Assembly (NCBI GenBank): GCA_024277355.1
Contig: JAJRVL010000004.1
Span: 420,001-452,000 of the forward strand
Reading direction: 5' to 3'
DNA length: 32,000 nt
Source of the DNA: an archaeon
GTDB lineage: Archaea; Iainarchaeota; Iainarchaeia; Iainarchaeales; 1-14-0-10-31-34
Part shown: positions 9,375-15,732 of the stretch, piece after piece
Layout of the letters: each line of letters starts with the position of its first letter
How positions within the stretch are numbered: position 1 is the stretch's first letter
Notes under the pieces: generated by a model
What the model saw: only the letters and a program-made list of their open reading frames with translations
Databases searched by the model: none
Told to the model about the DNA's origin: nothing
Program-made: the position numbers and the translations under genes

Positions 9375-9539
9375 TTAGCCGCTGTGTTTTGATAAGCTAA
9401 AAGCTAATGCACCTACACCAAACCACATTATTGCTAATGCACCCCAATTTGCTGCTGTTGGTTGAACAACCCATGCTGTTCCAATAGCAAACATGATTAA
9501 TCCAAATACAATACTTCCTTTTTTTGCAAAATCACTCAT
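9375..9539 (-). CDS. Small membrane protein (54 aa, two TM helices); absent from the supplied ORF track
   Basis: My own translation is MSDFAKKGSIVFGLIMFAIGTAWVVQPTAANWGALAIMWFGVGALAFSLSKHSG*. GAGGTG lies 7 nt upstream of the ATG. The segment is locally GC-richer than its flanks. Confidence 0.55.
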   Translation of the reverse strand: MSDFAKKGSIVFGLIMFAIGTAWVVQPTAANWGALAIMWFGVGALAFSLSKHSG

Positions 9540-9632
9540 TTTATTACACCTCAAAAAAAACTAAAATAATAATATAAATAACATTGTTTGATTAATAAAT
9601 GTTTGTTTTTTTGGAGATTATTAATGGTTTTT

Positions 9633-10235
9633 TTAGTTTTTTTCCAAAATAGAAACCAATCTTTCAATTAATTCATCAAACCCTGCTTTTTTTTCTTCTT
9701 CTAAAACCTTTAAATGAAAAGATTTAGTAGCAGGATGCTTTGGGCCTAAAACATCACACATTTCCGGTCCAACAGACAGTTTATAAGTATTGAATTCTTT
9801 TGCTAAATCAATTATTTCCTGTTTGTCAAAAGCCAGCAAAGGTCTTACAACAGGAATATTTATTCCAAAAGAAATTGAAACTAAATTATCTAAAGTCTGA
9901 GAAGAAACCTGTCCAAGGTTTTCGCCTGTAACAATAAAATCAAATCCCTTTTTTTCACAGATTTTTTCTGCTGTTTTAATTATTAAGCGTTTCATTAAAA
10001 CAAAATAAAATTTTCTGTCAGTTTTATTTACTATTTCCTGTAAAGCAAAAGAAAAATCAATTACAAGAAGTTTTGAATTAAGTTTTTCAGCTAATTTTTC
10101 TGATTTATTAATTGATTCTCTTCCAACTATTTTTTCTGAAGAAAAATGAAGGCAGGAAATTTCAGTTTTATTTTTAACTAAAAAACCTGCAACAGGACTG
10201 TCAATTCCCCCGCTTAAAAGAAGTAATCCTTTCAT
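9633..10235 (-). CDS. thiI: Stand-alone ThiI-type PP-loop ATP pyrophosphatase (tRNA 4-thiouridine synthase catalytic domain, no THUMP)
   Basis: It starts MKGLLLLSGGIDSPVAGFL with an intact SGGIDS motif. It also has IVTGENLGQVSSQTLDNL, VVRPLLAFDKQEII and the Cys-containing MCDVLGPKHPATK. I chose the ATG at 10235; the track start 10304 adds an implausible 23-aa hydrophobic leader. Confidence 0.75.
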   Translation of the reverse strand: MKGLLLLSGGIDSPVAGFLVKNKTEISCLHFSSEKIVGRESINKSEKLAEKLNSKLLVIDFSFALQEIVNKTDRKFYFVLMKRLIIKTAEKICEKKGFDFIVTGENLGQVSSQTLDNLVSISFGINIPVVRPLLAFDKQEIIDLAKEFNTYKLSVGPEMCDVLGPKHPATKSFHLKVLEEEKKAGFDELIERLVSILEKN

Positions 10236-10361
10236 AAAGAAAAATACAACAGAATAAGTTAAAAACAATTCATTAAAAAACCAATAAATAAAAAGAATAT
10301 GCATGACTAATACTTAATTAAAAAGAAAAAAAAAGAATAAAAAAAAATTATAAGTGATTTC

Positions 10362-11528
10362 ATGGAATATGACATAATTATAATTGGCGCAGGCCCTGCA
10401 GGATGTTCTACTGCATTAAATTCAGCTAAATTTGGATTAAAAACTTTGTTAATTGAAGAACATAAAGTTATTGGCGAACCAGTTCATTGCGGAGAATGCT
10501 TATCTGAATTTGCTGTTCAAAGATTAGGAATAAAGCTTCCTAAAGAAGTTATTTCAAAAGAAGTTAAAGGAGTTAAAGTAATTTTTCCTGACGGAAAAAG
10601 CGCTTACATAAAAGAAAAAGGATTTGTATTAGAAAAACATAAATTTGAACAATGGCTGGCAAAAGAATCAGCAAAGCTTGGAGCAGAAATAAAATTAGGC
10701 TTAAAAGTTTTAGATGCAGTAAAAAAAGAATTCTGGACAATTAAATGTTCAGATAATTCAGAGTTTAAAACAAAAATTTTAATTGATGCAACAGGCTCAA
10801 GTGCTTTTTTATCTGAAAAACTTAATTTGAATAAAAGATACACTACAATTATCGGAATGCAGTATGAACTAAAAGACATTCCGGAAGAAGGTTATTTGGA
10901 TTTTTATTTATGGCCTAAAATGGCTCCGGAAGGCTATTTATGGATGATTCCTAAATCAAATGGAAGAGCTAATGTAGGTTTAACTACAACAGAAAGAAAT
11001 AAAGCAAAAACTTTTTTGGATGAATTTATGAAACAAAAAAACTGGGAAAATAAAGTTAAAGTAAAAACTTTTGGAGGATTAATTCCAATTTCCGGCGCAG
11101 TAGAAAAAACTTTTGATGATGGATTAATTTTAGTTGGAGATGCAGCAGGTTTTGCTTCACCTTTATTTGAAGGAGGAACTTCTTTAAGTTTAACTTCAGG
11201 AAAATTTGCAGCTCAAATAGCAAAAAAAGCTGTTGAACAAAAAAATTATTCAAAAGAAGTTTTAGCTGAATATGAAACTTTATGGAGAAAAGAGTTTCCT
11301 GCTTATGACAAAATAATGAAAGGAAAAAATGCTTTATATAATTTAACTGAAGAAGAACTGAATTTTATCGGCAAATTCATGCCAAAAAACATTAGTCAAG
11401 TTTCTTTTATGGAAAGAATACAAATAATTTTTAAAATTTTAATTAAAAAACCTAACTTGTTTGGAAAAGGAATTCTTTCTGCCGCAAAAGCTTTTAGTTA
11501 CAGCAGAGCAAAATATTATGGATGGTAG
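10362..11528 (+). CDS. Geranylgeranyl reductase family flavoprotein (likely digeranylgeranylglycerophospholipid reductase)
   Basis: It has the FAD-binding N-terminus YDIIIIGAGPAGCSTA and later LVGDAAGFASPLFEGG, at 388 aa. Confidence 0.8.
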   Translation: MEYDIIIIGAGPAGCSTALNSAKFGLKTLLIEEHKVIGEPVHCGECLSEFAVQRLGIKLPKEVISKEVKGVKVIFPDGKSAYIKEKGFVLEKHKFEQWLAKESAKLGAEIKLGLKVLDAVKKEFWTIKCSDNSEFKTKILIDATGSSAFLSEKLNLNKRYTTIIGMQYELKDIPEEGYLDFYLWPKMAPEGYLWMIPKSNGRANVGLTTTERNKAKTFLDEFMKQKNWENKVKVKTFGGLIPISGAVEKTFDDGLILVGDAAGFASPLFEGGTSLSLTSGKFAAQIAKKAVEQKNYSKEVLAEYETLWRKEFPAYDKIMKGKNALYNLTEEELNFIGKFMPKNISQVSFMERIQIIFKILIKKPNLFGKGILSAAKAFSYSRAKYYGW

Positions 11529-11892
11529 AATGTTTGTAAGAAAATTAAAGGAATGCCGTGAATTTACTGCAGGAGACCATTCAATTTTAAGAGAATTATT
11601 TAATCCAATAAAAGACAAACTGGAATTAAATTATAGTTTAGCTCATGCAAGAGTTCCTACAGGAAAAACTACAACAAAACACAAACTAACAAGTTCTGAA
11701 GTATATTATATTTTGCAGGGAAAAGGAACAATGTTTATTGATGAAGAAAAAAAAGAAATAGAAAAAGGCGATGCAGTTTATATTCCTCCTAATGCAGTTC
11801 AATGGATTTCAAATACAAGCAAAGAAGAAATAATTATTTTATGCATGGTTGAACCTGCATGGAAAAAAGAAGACGAAACAGTTTTTGAGTAA
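11518..11892 (+). CDS. Cupin domain protein
   Basis: The cupin core is SSEVYYILQGKGTMFIDEEKKEIEKGDAVYIPPNAVQWISN. The start is probably the ATG at 11518 or 11530, overlapping the reductase stop. The track start 11461 is a TTG inside the upstream gene. Confidence 0.6.
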   Translation: MDGRMFVRKLKECREFTAGDHSILRELFNPIKDKLELNYSLAHARVPTGKTTTKHKLTSSEVYYILQGKGTMFIDEEKKEIEKGDAVYIPPNAVQWISNTSKEEIIILCMVEPAWKKEDETVFE

Positions 11893-11944
11893 ATTAAATA
11901 CCAAATTTAGAAAGAATTAAATAAATCTAATCATTAATTTACTT

Positions 11945-12598
11945 ATGAAAGACCCAAAAGGAGCAGTAATAATTGGCTGCGTGCATAGAGGACAAAAAAA
12001 CGCAGAAAAAGTCATTGCAGTCCTTAAAAAAAATGGAATAAAAGAAGGAGATTTAATTGGAGTTGAACATTCAAGAAAAAATCTTAATGAAATAATAGCA
12101 GAAGTTGGATCAAACAGACCTAGTGCTTTTACTATTCTGCAACAACAAATAAAAATAATACAATTTCAGAATGCAATAAAAGCACTTCCTTTTTCAGAAA
12201 CTATTTCTCTTCGCGCAACATTATTCGAACTAAAAGGAAATTTGCATTCAACTATATTCAAAAACACTCTTTTTAAATTCCTTTTATCAAAAAAAGTTAA
12301 ATTTATGCCTTTTGATGTAAATTGGAAAGCAAATGTACACTCAACTCAAATAGTGGTTCCTGTCAGAGAAAAATTCTGGGGAAAAAAATTTAAAGGGAAA
12401 AAACCTCAATTTGTTATAGCAGGAACTGCACATCTAAGTGCATTAAAAAAAATTGTTCCATACAGAAAAGCAATAACAACAAATAAAATAGTGCATTTTA
12501 TTCAAAAACCTTTTGAAGTCTTAATCAGAACAAAATACAAACTAAGAAAAACCAAAAACCAAAGAAAAAGAAGAAAACTAAAACCTTTAATAAAATGA
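11945..12598 (+). CDS. Hypothetical protein with a GxxH...E...GxxH pattern (possibly TraB/GumN/TIKI-like) and a basic C-terminal tail
   Basis: A 217-aa ORF with IIGCVHRG, GVEHS and IAGTAHLSALKK in the order seen in the TraB/GumN family. The tail is KYKLRKTKNQRKRRKLKPLIK. The family assignment is weak. Confidence 0.45.
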   Translation: MKDPKGAVIIGCVHRGQKNAEKVIAVLKKNGIKEGDLIGVEHSRKNLNEIIAEVGSNRPSAFTILQQQIKIIQFQNAIKALPFSETISLRATLFELKGNLHSTIFKNTLFKFLLSKKVKFMPFDVNWKANVHSTQIVVPVREKFWGKKFKGKKPQFVIAGTAHLSALKKIVPYRKAITTNKIVHFIQKPFEVLIRTKYKLRKTKNQRKRRKLKPLIK

Positions 12599-12623
12599 AA
12601 TTATTATTTATTAAGTGAATTAA

Positions 12624-13328
12624 ATGAATAAAATTTTAACTAAACAAAGAATTGAAAACTTAAATAAATTCAGGAACTTAATGAAAGAAGCAGTTAGTCA
12701 TATGATTGAAGAAGAGAAAAATCCTGCAGTTAAAGCAGCATATGAACGTACTTTGAAGAACATTGAGTCTGTTCCAATAAATTTTTTTCCTAAAAAAAAT
12801 TTAGTTCACGCCATATATAAAATTGGAAAACAAATTTTTACTTCTGAAGTTTTAGGAGAACACAAACAAGAAATAATTGTAATGAAAAAAGGAAAACAAA
12901 CTTTTGTTATAAGAGGAAAAAGAAATATTGATATTCCCTCAGAACATTTTTTTCATGAAAACAATTTAAACTGGCAGGGAATCCATACTTTAATGCATGA
13001 ATACTGTCATGATCCTGCAAGAAATGTATTAAAATTTTCTAATCAAATTCATTTAAATTCTGAACAAGCAGAAGAATTAATTGCAGATTTATTAAGTGCA
13101 AAAATTGCAAGAAAAATGGGAATGAACAAAGAAAGAGTTTTAAGTTTTTATCGTGGAAGACAAGGAGTTTACGGAAAATTTCCTTTTAAAGAAACATTAG
13201 AAAAAGCAATTAAACCAAAGAAAGGAAAAATTGAACCAATTACTCCAAAAAGGCCATTCAGAGAACTGGCAAAAAGAAAAAAAAGCAGAAAAATTACTTC
13301 AATTTATATGAGAAGAAAAGCTGCTTAA
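12624..13328 (+). CDS. Hypothetical protein with an HExxH motif and a basic C-terminal tail
   Basis: A 234-aa ORF with an AAGTGA SD-like sequence upstream. It contains IHTLMHEYCHDP followed by EQAEELIADLL, giving a possible third ligand (Glu). The tail is KPKKGKIEPITPKRPFRELAKRKKSRKITSIYMRRKAA. Confidence 0.5.
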   Translation: MNKILTKQRIENLNKFRNLMKEAVSHMIEEEKNPAVKAAYERTLKNIESVPINFFPKKNLVHAIYKIGKQIFTSEVLGEHKQEIIVMKKGKQTFVIRGKRNIDIPSEHFFHENNLNWQGIHTLMHEYCHDPARNVLKFSNQIHLNSEQAEELIADLLSAKIARKMGMNKERVLSFYRGRQGVYGKFPFKETLEKAIKPKKGKIEPITPKRPFRELAKRKKSRKITSIYMRRKAA

Positions 13329-13370
13329 AAAAAAAGCTGAGAGAGGGATTCGAACCCTCGATCTTCCGCT

Positions 13371-13473
13371 AACCGTGCTGACCTTGTTTTAATAAAAAAT
13401 TATGTGCAAATGCCTTTTTTCTTTTTGGGCAACTTGCACTTTTTCTTTTTCGGAAAAAAGAAAAAGGGCAGCG
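13371..13473 (-). other. tRNA-Cys intron (103 nt) with bulge-helix-bulge geometry
   Basis: The outer helix is intron GCUG(CC) with (GG-U)CAGC. The 5' bulge is A36-G37|C. The central 4-nt helix is C32-U33-G34-C35 against intron ACGG (3 pairs plus one C.A mismatch). The 3' bulge is UU|A38, followed by the anticodon stem. Spacing is therefore exactly 3-4-3. Confidence 0.7.
13411..13471. repeat. 61-bp repeat element, copy 1 (inside the tRNA-Cys intron)
   Basis: The sequence tgccttttttctttttgggcaacttgcactttttctttttcggaaaaaagaaaaagggcag is identical at 61/61 positions to 15624..15684 in the same orientation. The flanks are unrelated. Confidence 0.95.
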
Positions 13474-13535
13474 CTGCAGGCGGATGCATATCCTCTCTGC
13501 CACCTCAGCTTAATAGAAGAAAAGGCTTGAAAAAG

Positions 13536-13546
13536 CTTTTAAAAAG
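13536..13546 (-). promoter_or_regulatory. Candidate TATA box for tRNA-Cys
   Basis: The minus strand reads CTTTTTAAAAG, ending about 27 nt upstream of tRNA position 1. This spacing is roughly that of an archaeal TATA box. In such AT-rich DNA the evidence is weak. Confidence 0.3.
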
Positions 13547-13651
13547 AATTTTAGGGTTTAAAGTGAGTATTTAAAAGATTTTCTGCTGAAAGAATATTAA
13601 GTAAAGCTGATTCTTTATAGCTTTTATTTTTTATTTATGCGAGTGATTTAA

Positions 13652-14380
13652 ATGGGTTTAAGACCAGGAAGATGTTACAGACTGCAAAACAAAAGAGCCT
13701 TTACAAGGACAGCCGTTAAAGTACATAAAAGAAATTATATTGGCGCTACTCCTGGAATAAGAACAAGACAGTTTAATACTGGAAATCCATTAAGAAAATA
13801 TTCTCATGTTGTTGACTTAATTACAGATGAAAAAGTCCAAATAAGAGATAATTCATTAGAAGCAATAAGAATTGCAGTTAACAGAGATTTAACAAAAAAT
13901 GCAGGAAAAGAAAACTTTTTTTTAAGAATAAGAATTTATCCTTATCATATTTTAAGAGAAAACAAACAAGCTCAAGGAGCTGGAGCAGACAGAGTAACTA
14001 AAGGAATGAGTCATCCTTATGGAAAACCAATTGGAAGAGCTGCAAGAGTAAGAAAAGGACAAAAAATTTTAAGTTTGTTAGTTAATGAAGAACATTTAGA
14101 TGCAGCTAAAGACGCATTAAATAAAGCTAAACCAAAATTAACCTGTAAAATTTTAATTAAAGTTGGAACAGACATTGAAAGCATTGGAACTTTGCCAAAA
14201 AGAGTAAAAAGAAGAAAAGAAAAAGAAGAGAAAGAAGAAGCAGACAAAAAAGCAGAAGACGAAAAAGCAGGCGAAAAAGGCAAAGACGAAAAAAAAGATG
14301 ATAAAGGCAAAGAAGCAGACAAAAAAGACGATAAAGACAAAGACACAAAAAAAGACGACAAAACCGCCAAAAAAAAGTAA
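13652..14380 (+). CDS. rpl10e: 50S ribosomal protein L10e (uL16) with a long K/D/E-rich C-terminal extension
   Basis: The N-terminus MGLRPGRCYRLQNKRAFTRTAVKVHKRNYIGATPG and the later YPYHILRENKQAQGAGADRVTKGMSHPYGKPIGRAARV are characteristic of L10e. The last ~55 aa are low-complexity (KEKEEKEEADKKAEDEK...KKDDKTAKKK). Confidence 0.9.
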   Translation: MGLRPGRCYRLQNKRAFTRTAVKVHKRNYIGATPGIRTRQFNTGNPLRKYSHVVDLITDEKVQIRDNSLEAIRIAVNRDLTKNAGKENFFLRIRIYPYHILRENKQAQGAGADRVTKGMSHPYGKPIGRAARVRKGQKILSLLVNEEHLDAAKDALNKAKPKLTCKILIKVGTDIESIGTLPKRVKRRKEKEEKEEADKKAEDEKAGEKGKDEKKDDKGKEADKKDDKDKDTKKDDKTAKKK

Positions 14381-14408
14381 TTTAATTTAATTCTTTTATT
14401 ATTTGTTT

Positions 14409-15608
14409 ATGAATAAATATCTTTTTGTTTTAGGAAGAGATTCAGTTTTATCTTTTGCAGAAATCATTGTTTACTTAAAGAATAGAAACATTGAATTTGA
14501 AATAAATGCTAAAGAAGAAAACGCCGTATTAATTTCTTCAAGTAAACTTCCAGTAAAAAAATTAATGCATGATTTAGGCGGAACAATAAAAATAATTAAA
14601 ATTTTATTTGAAGGAAAAAATTTAAATGAATTATTAGAAAAAATAAAAGAAAAAGAATTAATTGAATGGATGAATGAAAAATTATGTTATTCATTGAATT
14701 TTTATGGAAAAGAATTCAAAGGAACAAAGTTATTAGAAAGATTTTTCAAACAAAAATTCAAGGAACTCAAAAAAAAAGCAGTATATAAAAAACCAAAAAA
14801 ACTGGAAAAACAGGAATCAAAAAAAATCAAAGATTTTAACAGTTCTCCTACTCAGGTTTATTCATGGAATTTAATTGAAGAACAAAGCGATTTTGTTTTT
14901 TTTAATTCAGAAAAATTTTATTTTGGATTAACTATTGAATGCTTTAATCCAAAAGAATTAAAACAAAGAGATGAAGAAAGACCAGAACAAAAAAAACTTC
15001 ATTCAATTTCTTTAAGGTTAGCGAGAATTTTAATTAATCTTTCAGGAGTAAAATCCAATCAAATTTTATTAGATCCTTTTTGCGGAATTGGAAGCATATT
15101 ACAGGAAGCAATGTTTAATGGAATTAATGTAATTGGAATTGAATTAGATAATAAAACATCTGGAATGGCAAGAAAAAATTTATCTGCTTTTGAAAAAAAA
15201 TATAAAACTGGAAAAACATGGAAAATAATTCAGGGAGATTCAGCTTTTATTAAAGAAACTTTAGAAGGCAAAAAATTTGATGCAATTGCTTCAGAGCCTT
15301 TTTTAGGGCCTTTAATTAAAAGAACTTTAAGAGAAAAAGAAGCAAAACCAATAATGTATGAATTAGAACAGCTTTATTTTAGTTTTTTCAAAAAACTTTC
15401 TTTTATTACAAGAAAACAAAGAATTGCAATTGTTCTTCCAGCTATAAAATGCACTAACGGAAGAATACTTCATTTAACTGAGAAAGTTTTTTCTCCTTAT
15501 TTTAAGTCAGTTAATCCTATAGCTAAATTTAATTCAAATGCTTTTCCTTTTAATTACATGGAAGAAAGTAAAATTAAAAGAAAAATTTATTTGCTGGAAA
15601 GAATTTAA
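14409..15608 (+). CDS. SAM-dependent RNA methyltransferase, Trm11/UPF0020-like (putative tRNA m2G methyltransferase)
   Basis: It has SAM motif I LLDPFCGIGSILQEA and a motif IV-like ASEPFLGP. The N-terminal YLFVLGRDSVLSFAEI is typical of TRM11-family proteins. I chose the ATG at 14409 rather than the TTG at 14403. Confidence 0.6.
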   Translation: MNKYLFVLGRDSVLSFAEIIVYLKNRNIEFEINAKEENAVLISSSKLPVKKLMHDLGGTIKIIKILFEGKNLNELLEKIKEKELIEWMNEKLCYSLNFYGKEFKGTKLLERFFKQKFKELKKKAVYKKPKKLEKQESKKIKDFNSSPTQVYSWNLIEEQSDFVFFNSEKFYFGLTIECFNPKELKQRDEERPEQKKLHSISLRLARILINLSGVKSNQILLDPFCGIGSILQEAMFNGINVIGIELDNKTSGMARKNLSAFEKKYKTGKTWKIIQGDSAFIKETLEGKKFDAIASEPFLGPLIKRTLREKEAKPIMYELEQLYFSFFKKLSFITRKQRIAIVLPAIKCTNGRILHLTEKVFSPYFKSVNPIAKFNSNAFPFNYMEESKIKRKIYLLERI

Positions 15609-15623
15609 TTTATTTTTTTACAT

Positions 15624-15684
15624 TGCCTTTTTTCTTTTTGGGCAACTTGCACTTTTTCTTTTTCGGAAAAAAGAAAAAGGGCAG
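15624..15684. repeat. 61-bp repeat element, copy 2 (intergenic, between the methyltransferase gene and ppsA)
   Basis: It is identical at 61/61 positions to 13411..13471. It lies 15 nt after the upstream stop and 48 nt before the ppsA ATG. Confidence 0.95.
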
Positions 15685-15732
15685 AGCCATTAAACTTAAT
15701 AATAAGTTTCTTCTTTTCTTTAATAGATTTAA

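Larger units (their letters stand above)
13335..13509 (-). tRNA. tRNA-Cys (anticodon GCA) interrupted by a 103-nt intron at position 37/38
   Basis: I folded this by hand on the reverse complement. The arms are acceptor GCUGAGG/UCUCAGC, D arm GCAG-AGAGGAU-AUGC, anticodon stem UCCGC/GCGGA, loop CU-GCA-G[intron]A, variable loop AGAUC, and T arm GAGGG-UUCGAAU-CCCUC. The discriminator is U73, as expected for Cys. CCA is not encoded, and the gene is followed by a T-run. Exons are 13474..13509 and 13335..13370. Confidence 0.85.

Noticed and set aside
13371-13473. C/D-box sRNA hidden in the tRNA-Cys intron (as known for some archaeal tRNA introns)
   Set aside because: No RUGAUGA C box or appropriately placed CUGA D box occurs on either strand of the intron.
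13603-13624. AAAGCT-N10-AGCTTT hairpin plus T-run just upstream of rpl10e as a regulatory leader
   Set aside because: It is a 6-bp AT-rich stem with no second copy or conserved motif, so it cannot be distinguished from chance without comparative data.
14017-14370. Minus-strand ORFs (14017..14370, 14157..14348) and an apparent tandem repetition in the 3' part of rpl10e
   Set aside because: The repetition is AAA/GAA/GAC low-complexity coding for the K/D/E tail, not a defined tandem repeat or CRISPR-like array. The antisense ORFs are its mirror image (Ser/Phe/Leu-rich).
15560-15732. The second 61-bp copy as part of a split or permuted tRNA gene, or a second intron-containing RNA
   Set aside because: The flanking sequence is AT-rich, with no acceptor, T-arm or anticodon-stem-like segments on either strand.
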